Positions 39,205-49,959 of a stretch of DNA of 64,000 nt are shown here, piece by piece (the stretch's first letter is position 1; each line of letters starts with the position of its first letter). Source of the DNA: Mobula hypostoma (lineage: Eukaryota); contig NC_086097.1 of assembly GCF_963921235.1 (NCBI RefSeq), positions 91,390,001-91,454,000 of the forward strand, written 5' to 3'. A model generated the notes under the pieces. The model saw nothing but the letters and a program-made list of their open reading frames with translations. It had not been told where the DNA came from and searched no databases. A program made the position numbers and the translations under genes.

Positions 39205-41150
39205 TGAGACATAGGAGCAGAAATAGTCCATTCAGCCCATCGAGTCTGCTCTGCCATTTCATCATGGCTGATCCATTTCTCTCTCAAAGCAAATTCCCTG
39301 TCTTCTTTCTGTAACCATTCATGCCCTATTAACCAAGAATCTATCAAACTCCGTCCTAAACACACTCAATGACTTGGCCTCCACAGCTGCCCGTGGCAAC
39401 AAATTCCAGATTCACCACCCTTTGGCTAAAGAAATTCCTCCTCATCTCCATTCTAAATGGACATCCCCCTGTTCTAAGGGTGTGCCCTCTGGTCCTAGAC
39501 TCGCGCAACATAGGAAACATCTTCTCCACATTCGCTCTATCTACGTCTTTCAACATTTTTTTAGGTTTCAATGAGAACCTTCCCCCCCCCAATTATTCTA
39601 AATTCCAGCAAGTACAGGCCCACAGGGATCAAATGCTCCTCAAACAATAGGACTCTCATTCCGGGACTCATTCTCATGAACCTCATGTGAGCCCCCTCCA
39701 ATATCATCATATCCTTTCTTAAATAAGGGGCCCAAAAAACTGTTCACAATTCTCCAAGTGAGGCCTCAGCATTACATCCTTGCTTTTATACTCCAGTCCT
39801 CTCCAAATGTATGCTAACGTTACATTTGCCTTCGTCACCACTGACTCAACCTGCAAATTAACCTTCAGGGAATCCTGCATCAGGACTCCTAAGTCCCTTA
39901 GATACCCAAGATTTTTGAATTTTCTCCCCATTTAGAAAATACTCTATGTTTTTTTCCCTTCTTCCAAAGTGTAAAGTGCATACAGTGTATCTCCACACTG
40001 TATTCCATCTGCCACTTCTTTGCCCATTCTCCTAGTCTGTCTAAGTCCTTCAGCAACCTCTCTGCTTCTTCAACACTACTTGCCCCTCCATCTATCTTTG
40101 TACTGTCTGCAAACTTGGCCACAATGCTATCAATTCTGTCATCCAAATCATTTGACATAAAATGCAAAAACAAGCGGTCCCAACAAGAAGCCCAGCAGAA
40201 CACCACTAAACACCAGCAGCCAATCAGAAAAGGCTCCTTTTATTCCCACTCTTTGCCTATGTCAGGATGCTAGAGCAAGGATCCAGTCGCAGACCAAGTA
40301 CTGTGCGCACTGTGATATTTACTGAGTAGCAAATCCCGGGGGGGGGCAACAAAGTCAGCATCAAAGTTCAGGTAGAGATAAAAAAATTCCAGAGAAATGC
40401 AAAAACCAGAATCAGGAAACAAGCAGAGTCGATATTCAGACAGACAGAGTACAGATACGAATGCTGAAAAGGCTCAGGAAAATTCACTAGCACAATCTGG
40501 CAACGAACAGGTGAAAACACAGGACTGAAATACACTGAGCAATAAACAGAGAGGCAGATGATAGGTGGAGCACAATGAGACACAAGTGGCAGCAATACAG
40601 GTAATAATGAGAAACAGGTGAGAGACGGAGTACTCAGTAATACAGGGGCCGGAGTAGAGCAGGAGCGGGGATAGGAGTACATGGCAATACAAAGCCACAG
40701 ACTGACAACTAGGGGGAAACACACAAAAAGACAGTTTACCTGGAGGTACTAACAGCCTCCTGCCAATCAGCCAATATTCAATCCATGCCGGTATCTTTTT
40801 TGTAATATCATGAGCTCTTATCTTGTTAAGCAGCCTCATGTGCGGCAACTTGTCAAAGACCTTATGAAAATCCAGGTGCACAACGTCCACCAATTCTCCT
40901 TTGTCTATCCTGCTTGTTATTTTCTCAAAGAATTCCAACAGATTTGTCAGGCAAAATTTTCCCTTATGGAAAGTATGTTAACTTTGGCCTTTTTGTCTTG
41001 TGCCTCCAAGTATTCTGTAACCACATCCTTAATAAATGACTCCAACATCTTCTCAACAACTGAGGTCAGGCTAACTGGCCAATAATAGTTTCCTTTCTTC
41101 TGCCTCCTTCTCTTCTTGAAGAATTTAATGACATTTGCAATTTTCCAGTC
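39205..41150 (-). mobile_element. CR1 LINE fragment interrupted by a solo LTR
   Basis: VDVVHLDFHKVFDKLPH, KFADSTK, RNFFSQRVV. Confidence 0.85.
40260..40754 (-). mobile_element. Solo LTR (gypsy-like), 495 bp
   Basis: TGTCAG...CTAACA ends; TSD GCCTA / GCCTC; the host CR1 sequence rejoins across it. Confidence 0.8.
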
Positions 41151-41734
41151 CTCCTTCCCTGTCTTTTATGACTAAGCCAATTGTGGATCCAATTTACTAA
41201 ATTACCATGTATCCCAAGCAACTTAATCTTCTGGACCAGCCTACCATGAGGGAACTTGTCAATGCTCTAATAAAGTCCATGTAGACAACATCCACTGTTC
41301 TACTATTATTGATCATCTTTATCTCCTCCTCTAACAGTGTGTCAAACATAACCTCCCCGCTCAAAGCTATACACTGTATTGACTGAGAAATCCATACTTT
41401 TCCAAAAGCAAGTAGAATCTATCCCCAAGATCGTTCTCTAATAATTTCTCTACCACAGATTCTGTCAGACCTGGACAGGCAGACACCTCCCAGTCTCCAC
41501 CCAACTAACAGGAGTCACCTGCTACTCATTTTCAACTCATCACCTGCAGCCTATTTAAACCCAGCTCTCATCTGCAGTCTTTGTTCACTCATCAAACCAG
41601 CCATTTGCCTTGAGCCTTCAGTTACCTTGTTACCTTTTATGTTTAACATCTGTTCTCTCTCTTGTTTTGTGGCCCCTCATGGCTTGTTATTTTGCAGCTT
41701 ATTAGTAAAGTTTTGTTTGCTGCTCAGTCACAAG

Positions 41735-42405
41735 AACATAAGGACAGAAGAAATAGGAGCAGGAGTAGGCATCTGGCCCATCGAATAAGATCATGGCTGA
41801 TCTGGCCATGGACTCATTTCCACCTACTTGCCTCTTCCCCATAACCTTTAATTCCCCTAAAATGCAAAAAACTATCCAAGCTTGTCTTAAATATATTTAC
41901 TGAGGTAGCCTCCACTACATCATTGGGCAGAGGTTTCCACAGATTCACCACTCTCTGGGAAAAGCAGTTCCTCCTTATCTCCATCCTAAATCTACTCCCC
42001 CAAATCTTGAAACAATGTTCTTTAGTTCTAGTCCTACCTACCAGTGGAAACTACTTTCCTGCCTCTATCTTATCTATCCATTTCATTATTTTATATGTTT
42101 TTATAAGATCTCCTCTCATTCTTCTGAATTCCAGCAATTACAATCCCAGGTAACTCAATCTCTCCTCATAGTCTAACCCCCTCATCTCTGGAATCAACCT
42201 GGTGAACCTCCTCTGCACTGCCTCCAAAGCCAGTATTTCCTTCCTCAAGTATGGAGACCAGAACTGCACACAGTACTCCAGATGTGGCCTCACCAGTATC
42301 CTTTACGGTTGCAGCATAACCTCCCTGCTCTTAAATTCAATCCCTCAAGTAATGAAGGCCAACATACCATTTGCCTTCTTGATAGCCTGCTGCATCTGCA
42401 AACCA
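41735..42405 (-). mobile_element. CR1 3' fragment
   Basis: Reverse complement of HLEYCVQFWSPYL; CR1 3'UTR. Confidence 0.85.
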
Positions 42406-42409
42406 ATCC

Positions 42410-42648
42410 TTTGTCAGGACTAACTGAAGGAAGAGTTAGTAAGAGATTTGGAAGTGGGAGGGGGAGGGGGAGGGGGAGATCCAAAATGATAGGAAATGAC
42501 TGAGTCCTTCAGTTAGTCCTGAGGAAGGGTCTCAGCCTGAAACGTTGACTGTACCTCTTCCTAGAGATGCTGCCTGGCCTGCTGCGTTCACTAGCAACTT
42601 TGATGTGTATTGCTTGAATTTCCAGCATCTGCAGAATTCCTCATTTGC
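42410..42648. mobile_element. PLE pseudo-LTR: inverted partial copy plus a direct copy with hammerhead at 42515-42550
   Basis: 42410-42495 is antisense to 4860-4940; 42506-42648 is sense, with CTGAGGA...GAAACGTTGACT. Confidence 0.85.
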
Positions 42649-42936
42649 CAAAAGAATGGTATTGTATTGTGAAGGAAGAAGAACAGAATATTTCTCTCTT
42701 GTATTGCACTATTATTTGTGAATGACTCACTGAACAATCCAGGAGTAATGACACTCTGGTCAGGTACATAATGTCTGTGTCTACTCGGTCAACTCCAGCA
42801 CTTGTTCATTACACCAGAGAAAGAACAGTTCACTTCCATCTGATACAATAGCTCACTTACAACAATGAATGGTGACGCATTAAGTCAGATGATGGACTCC
42901 CTATTGATTAGCTCACCGCTGCGTGCCTTCATGGCT

Positions 42937-43040
42937 GTCAGATTAGGAAGTGTGTGTGTGGGTAGTGATCCTGGGTCAGATTAGGAAGTGTGTGTGGGTA
43001 GTGATGCTGGGTCAGATTGGGAAGTGTGTCTGGGTGGTGA
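42937..43040. repeat. About 36-bp tandem repeat, 3 copies
   Basis: Unit gtcagattaggaagtgtgtgtgggtagtgatcctgg. Confidence 0.8.
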
Positions 43041-43102
43041 AGGTGATCTACCAGGGTTCCTGATCTCCGTTCATTGAGAGCAAGGTAATAAGGTAATACG
43101 AG

Positions 43103-43350
43103 GCACGGTGGCACGGCTAATAGAGCCATTGTCTCACTGCACAAAAGACCAGGTTCAGTGCTGACCTCCAGTGTGGCTTGTGTGGAGTTTGCACGTTCTT
43201 CCTGTGACCGTGTTGACTTCCCTCGGGTGTCCTGGTTTCCCCCCACATCACAAAGACACACACGTTAACACACTAATTGGCTGCTGTAAGTTATCCCTCG
43301 TGTGTAGTTGATCATAGAATCTGAAGGGTGTTGAAGGGAATGTGGGAGAA
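43103..43350 (+). mobile_element. V-domain SINE
   Basis: ggcacggtggcac head; tgtgtggagtttgcacgttct V-domain. Confidence 0.75.
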
Positions 43351-44451
43351 TAAACTAGGCAGGCAGAATGAAGCAAACTCATTAAGTAATTTATTTTCTG
43401 GAAAGGATGGCATTTAAACAATATAAACTGGTTCCATACTTTTCCAAATACAAGTAAATCCTACCCCTTAGAACCCTTCTCAATAGAAAGTCAAGCTCAC
43501 TGGCCTGTAATTTGTTGGATTAGTTTAATGCCTTTCTTAAACAAATAAACAACATTGGCTACTCTCCCATCCTCCAGGGCCTCACCTCTGGCTAGAGAGG
43601 ATACAAAGATCTCCGTCATGGCCCCAGCAATCTCCTCTCTTGCCTCTTCCGGTAATATGGGATAGACCCCCAACGGGCCCTGGGGTCTTATCCACCTTAA
43701 TCTCTTCCTTGGTATCAATATGCCCTAGAATATCAGCACACTATATGCATGTAGGAGCTCAAAATGAAGTACGCAGTGAGTAGGTAGCATATAGTAGCAT
43801 TAGAGGCAGTCCAAATTAGATTTACCAGACTAAATCTTGGGTTAAGACGCTGTCCTATCAAAAGCGGCAGAACAGCATGGGTCTGTACGCTTTGGAGTTT
43901 AAAAGAATGAGGGGTGGCCTTATTCAAACAGTTGTGATTCTAAAGGGTCTGGATTGGGTAAATGTTAAGATACTTCAGCAAAAGGGAGAGTCACGGCGAG
44001 GGGACATACCTGCAAAATAAGGACTCAGTCACTTAAAACCGAGGAATGTAGTATTTTTTCTAAAGAGCAGTGAAGTTTTATTCTAAAGCGCACCAGAAAT
44101 CTCTGTGTGGTGAAAGAGAGATCAACATTTATATTTAAGGCAGACATAGATAGTTAAAATATCAAGGAATTGAGGGTAATGGGAACCTGACTCAGAAAAG
44201 AAGTCAGCATAGATTAGCTATAATCAAATTCAGTGCTAGGACAGGTTTGAAGTGCTGACTGGCCTTCTCTTGATCCTGTTTTCTCGTTTTCTTGTAGCAT
44301 TCTTATAACACCAATCATTTTACCACTTCCCTTCCCCCCCAGACTTGCAACCAAAATCTCCTTCTACTGTATGTGAAGTAGTGATAACGCTTGCAGTTCA
44401 GTGTACATTCAGTATTTAAGTTGTAGTCTCCTGCACACTGGGGAAAAAAAA

Positions 44452-45770
44452 ATCCTGGACCCTCAGAGGCTCCACCTTCCTCTCACACCAACCCTCCCCT
44501 CTCCACTAACACCACCAGCCTCCCTCCCCCCTCTGATCCTAGCTCTCAAGACTCCAGCCTTGAACTCCAGGCCGGGTCTTCACCTGTGACTCTCGTCTCC
44601 CCTTCCTCCACCACCACTCTGCAACCCCGTCTCCCTCAGATCCCACCGTCAGTTCTTGGGCCCTCGGAGGCTTCATCTTCCTCTCACCCCAACCCTCCCC
44701 TGTCCACTGACACTACCAGCTTCCCTTCCTCTCCCCCCTCTGATCCCAGCTCTCATCCGTGCCGGGTCTTTAATATCCCCTCCGACCTTCAACTCTCTGA
44801 GGCAGAGCGCTCTGTCCTCAGTAAAGGCCTTACCTTTTTCCCCCTTCGCCCACACCTCAGCGGGTTCCGCGGGCGCCAAGACACTGAACCCTTCTTCCGC
44901 TGGCTCCGTCTTCGAGCCCACTTCTTCAGCAAGGACTCTCCCACCCCCACTGACGACCCCGTCTCCTGTCTTCAACCCTTCTCCTCTTCATGGACACCCC
45001 GCTCTGGCCTTCTGCCTGCTCTGGATCTCTTTATTGCTAACTGCCGACGGGACATCAACCGTCTCGACTTCATCGCACCTTGTTCCAATTCCAACCTCAC
45101 TCCTTCTGAATGCTCTGCTCTCCACTCCCTCTGCACTAATCCTAACCTTACTATAAAACCTGCCGATAAGGGGGGGGGGGTGCTGTTGTAGTCTGGTGTA
45201 CTGACCTCTACCTTGTCAAGGCACAGCGACAACTTGCTGATACCTCCTCTTATTTACCCCTCGATTATGACCCCACTAAGGAGCACCAGGCCATTGTCTC
45301 CCACACCATCACCGACTTTATCAGCTCTGGGGATCTCCCATCCACTGCCACCAACCTCATAGTTCCCACACCCTGCACTTCCCGTTTCTACCTCCTACCC
45401 AAGATCCACAAACTTGCCTGTCCTGGTAGACCCATTGTCTCAGCTTGCTCCTGCCCCACCGAACTCGTTTCTGCATACCTCGACACTGTTTTATCCCCCC
45501 TTGTTCAATCCCTTCCCACCTGTGTTCGTGACACTTCTCACGCACTGAATTTCCCCTTTTGCCAATCAACTTTCCAGCTCTTAGCTCCATCCCTCCCCCT
45601 CCTGTCTTCTCCTATCATTTCAGATCTTCCCTTCCCCCTCCCACTTTCAAATTTCTTAATATCTCTTCTTTCAGTTAGTCCTGATGAAGGGTCTCGGCCC
45701 GAAACATCGACTGTACCTCTTCCTAGAGATGCTGCCTGGCCTGCTGCGTTCACCAGTATTTTGTGTGTGT
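44452..45770 (+). mobile_element. Penelope-like element, internally deleted (N-terminal/RT start fused to the pseudo-LTR)
   Basis: LSEAERSVLSKGLTF, TIKPADKGG, FYLLPKIHK, GRPIVS; jumps at about 45553 to the pseudo-LTR; hammerhead motif at 45677-45712. Confidence 0.9.
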
Positions 45771-46744
45771 TGCGAGTTGGATAGTCACTTGACATGACCC
45801 CTTTGTACAGGTTTTCCCTGAGGCTCCAGTTGTCAGAAACTTTAACTCTCCAACTCAATCCCATTCCTATATTAGTCATAGCACTGTTCCAATAAAGCTC
45901 ATCTTTGGCTCGAGAAACATCACTGCACCTTCCAACGCAGGTGAGTCACAATTTGCAGATCACAGCACCAAAGTCAACAATTTCAGAAAGCCAGCCTTTC
46001 CAGTTTATACCGGAACTGCCACAATAACAGGTCGCCAATGGAAATGTTGCATCCCTTTCTCCACACAGCTGCTGTCTGAGTTGTTGGGAACTTCCAATAA
46101 TTTTTGTTCGTATTTCAGATTTCCCGCACCTGCTTGCATTTCTCTGCATCATCAGCCTGTAGCTGAGTTTTAGCAATTTCCCTGCCTCTTACTTTAAATT
46201 GTTTCCCACTTGCATCATCTCCAGGTAGCTCAGCAGTGATAAACATTCAACACCTGCACCACCTGCCATTTTGGTGCTCAGTCTCCACCCTATTACAAAC
46301 ATTACTTTATTAGATATTTTATTTATTTTTTGATCTCTTTTTTTTTAAGAGTCATAGGATGAAAACAGATCTTTTGGCCCCCCAAGTCTGTGCTTGGGCC
46401 ATCAAGTACCTACTAACAGTAATCTTATATCAATCCCATTCCATTCTCCCTACATTCCCACCAGTCTCTCAGACACTACTCCTCACACCAGAGAGGCAAC
46501 TTCTTCACACAGTGGATGATGCAACTCTAAGTTTTTCATTGCACCTCTGCAGACATGTATAGTACTTGTGCGTATGACAGTAAACTCAGTTCTGACTCTC
46601 ACTTTGCGGCTGGTACAATCTTGACATTTAAAAGACACGTGGAAAAGTATACAGCGAGGAAGGCTTAGAGGGATACTAGCTCAATAGGACTTCCTCGGCC
46701 TGGAAGGTTTGGGCAAAATGACCTGTATTCTTCCCGTATTGCTG

Positions 46745-46940
46745 ACCTACACAGCAGAAGGCATTTACAGAAGCCAATTAATTCACCAACTCACATGTCT
46801 TGGGAATCTGCAGCTTCCAGTGGAAACCCACATGGTCACATGGAAAACACGTGAACTCCACATAGACAGCACCACTGGCCAGGATTGAATCCAGGGCTGC
46901 TAGAGCTGTGAGTCAGTGGCTGTGTCACTGTGCCACCCCA
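46745..46940 (-). mobile_element. V-domain SINE, decayed
   Basis: ggaaacccacatggtcaca...gaactccacatagacagc is the reverse complement of the V-domain. Confidence 0.65.
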
Positions 46941-47299
46941 TTGGCTGTTCAAAAGACGACAGGAATATTCATTCCAGCCCCACCTCCATTCATGCTGTGG
47001 CTACTGACATCTCTGGTTTAGCTGTTAATATGCTTTACTTATTTAACCCTACTGGGGCATAGGCCATCTAGATCTGCGCGCCAGAGCTCTCCATCCTAGG
47101 TCAATATTACAAATTGTCAGCAGGTGAGAATTCTGTCCCGGGGCTTTGGATCTTCTGTTGGCGTTTATGTACCACGAGGTTTTTACGGGATGGGGTTGCC
47201 AGACGTAGGCCCAGCCTCAGCTTTTCGTAGTCGTGCTTGGGATCATCCATGGCGGAGTTTAATTACCTTTACGAAAATGATAAATCATTGTCTTGATCA

Positions 47300-48545
47300 G
47301 GCACAACACACACAAAAATGCTAGGTGAACTCAGGAGGTCAGGCAGCATTGATGGAGAGAAATAGACAATCGACATTTTGGGCCAAGACCCTTCATCAGG
47401 ACGAGAAGGAAAGAGCTCAGAAGCCATAATAAATGGTGGGGGGAGAGGGGAGGAGTACGACTGGCAGGTGATAGGTGAATCCAGAGGTGGGGGGAAGAGA
47501 GATGGGTGGGTGAGAAGGGTGGCGGGAACAATGTGAGAAGCTGTGAGTTAATAGGTGGAAGAAGCAGAGGGCTGAAGAAGATAAGAGAGGGCAGTAGACC
47601 ATAGAATAAAGGGAAGAAAGTGCAGAACCAGAGGCAGGTAGGTGTGGGTGTTGGGCAGGTCACGAGGATGGGCAAGAGGAAAGAGAAGGGGGAAGGGACC
47701 AGAGAGAAAAGACACAACAAAGGAGGGAGGGGAGTGGTTACTGGAGATTAGAGAAATTGGTAGTGATGTTGTCAGGTTAGAAACTATCAAACTGGAATAG
47801 GGGATGTTGTTCTTCTAATCTGCACCTAGCCTCAATTTGGCAGTAGAGAAGTCTGTGGACAGACGTGTCAGTGTGGAAATGGGAAGTGGAATTAAAATGG
47901 CTGACATTTGGAAGATTCTGGATGTTACCATAGATGATGTAAAAGTGCTTGATGAAGTGATCGCTCAGTGTGTGTTGAGTCTCACCGAATGTAGAGGAGG
48001 CTCCACCAGGAAACACAGAGGCAATTAATGACACCAGTTGATTCACATGTGAAGTGCTACCTTACATGGAGGGCTGATGAGGGACCTGAATGGTGGTGAG
48101 AGAATGGTGGTGGTAAGGGCAGGTGTAACACTTGGGACAAGTGCCAGAAGGAGAGCTTATGGAGAGGGATAAGTGGACAAGGAAATCATGGAGAAAATGA
48201 TCCCTGCATAAACTGGAGAGGGGAGGGAGGAGGAGCTTTGTCTGCTGGAGAAAGCGCAAGTTGTGGAGGATGAAATAGATACAGAGGCTAGTGAGATAGC
48301 AGGTGAGAATGAGGAGAAGCATAACTCTATAATATCAGAGGGGAGAGGTATGTGCTGGAAATGGAAGAGACGTACAGGTAGGTGAGGGTAGCTTTGATAG
48401 CACTGGAAGGGGAACCTCATTTTCTGGGAGAAGAAGGTATTATGGATGTCCTGCAGTGAAAGGTCTCAACATGGACACAGATGTCACATAGATGGAGGAA
48501 CTGAGAGAAGGGAAGAGCACTCTTGAGAGTGACAGGGCTTTAGGC
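47300..48545 (-). mobile_element. Older Penelope-like element
   Basis: GETQHTLSDHF...HFNS...RLEEQH; pseudo-LTR with a decayed hammerhead at about 47367-47402. Confidence 0.8.
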
Positions 48546-48868
48546 GATAGTAATGTTGCCCCCATGTTGCTACTAGGAGACCACTTGGCAATTCTGGATC
48601 AGCAACAAGGACGAAGGCAGGAAGTGGCTTAACTGGGTTCCAACTCAAATTCCTCTGCCATCCAAAGCTTAACAAGCTCAAATCGTCAAAGTTCAATTTG
48701 CTCATTTACAACAGCAACATCACAGCACCCTCTGGTGCCAGTCTGCAATGAGCACATGTGTTTAGAGACTAGGTTCCTCTCTGACTTGGTATCTGCAGGC
48801 TTGGCCATAAATAGTCCAGGGGTGCTTGATGGACAGTCAGGTGATATTTCGTCAAAACAATAGGTTCT

Positions 48869-49344
48869 TGTAAACGGCTCCAATAAAGCAGAAGTACACC
48901 AACTCCAATTAATTACTTAGGATTACAAAACTGTGTTTATTAGACAGAATAGGTCAAGCTTTGAAACACTTATTTAAATAATGTGCAGACCCCTCTCACA
49001 GCAGGAAACCTCCCATTTGATCCGCATCACTGTTCACAATAGCCCATCGGTGAGGCCCTGTGAAACCACCACCAAGCTCCCCGACCACTCTACTTCCAGA
49101 CTCTTTCCACTGATTTGAAATACTGCAGTGAGTGGGCCAGTACATAGCACCATCTCAAACCACCGAAGCCGAACCAATCATCACTCTTCGCGAGTTGCTC
49201 CTCTGTGTTCAACTAACTTTCACGTTCCCATGGTGGTATTGCATTCTCATGGTTGTATTACTGTAATAGTAATTAAAGTTCTGTTACATTCCAGACCATG
49301 GTGGTGATGAGACATTTGATAAGCACAAAAATTAACCCTTTACA
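48869..49344 (-). mobile_element. Endogenous retrovirus 3' LTR (476 bp)
   Basis: Minus strand TGTAAAGGG...CCGTTTACA terminal inverted repeat; PPT GAGGGGTAGAA (49345-49355); TATA-like motif 48971-48980; AATAAA 48936-48941. Confidence 0.75.
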
Positions 49345-49371
49345 TTCTACCCCTCAAATGTCACCACCCTG

Positions 49372-49670
49372 TTATACCCGGCCCATAGGCTTTAATACAA
49401 CACCTGCAGATGCCCCTCCAATTAAAAGCAAATTGAAAAAGTACTAAGCATAAATCAAAATGGCTATGGTAATACTCCAGCGCACTACAGTAGCCCATCA
49501 CCCTCCTGGCACTCCAAAGGGCCACCAACTCCCTATATAATAGTAATGGAACCGATATCCCACCTTCTGTATTTTATCTACCAAACGTTGGAGATGGTCA
49601 AATTTGTAATATTCTTTGACTCATCACGGATGTACTTACAACACACCTGGTAGATTATGGTGCTGAATTC
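49372..49670 (-). pseudogene. env: Retroviral env TM subunit remnant
   Basis: S-TIIYQV-CC-KYIRDESKNITNL (CX6CC with the first codon AGC one base from TGC), a frameshift, then DHLQRLVDKIQKVG...SWWPFG and a hydrophobic membrane anchor; lies directly upstream of the PPT and LTR. Confidence 0.7.
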
Positions 49671-49679
49671 CCACCTCTG

Positions 49680-49830
49680 GAGTATGTTGTGTCATATGTG
49701 TCTCGAATAGATGATCTGGCCGATCACCCGACACACAAGTCAAAATATCAGAGAAAGGGTATCACAGAGACCAGTCAGTTCTGGATGATAGCTTATCCCC
49801 CATATGGTACTACCCAGGTCATCCTGATGG
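49680..49830 (+). pseudogene. env: Inverted env SU/TM junction remnant
   Basis: YVVSYVSRIDDLADHP...KYQRK|GITETSQFWMIAYPPYG resembles an SU C-terminus, a decayed basic cleavage site and a fusion-peptide region. Confidence 0.5.
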
Positions 49831-49959
49831 CCTCAACCATTGGAATTTATCTTGACAAAGGACCTCTGGCTTCCCACTTTGAGAACATCCTGCAGCCACT
49901 CTGATACATGAGCACCCGAGAGACAATACACTATCCTTGTGTCACTTTTGTGGCCGCAG

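Noticed and set aside
41463..41731. Additional solo LTR
   Set aside because: TG start and a TATA-like motif are present, but there is no clear end or TSD
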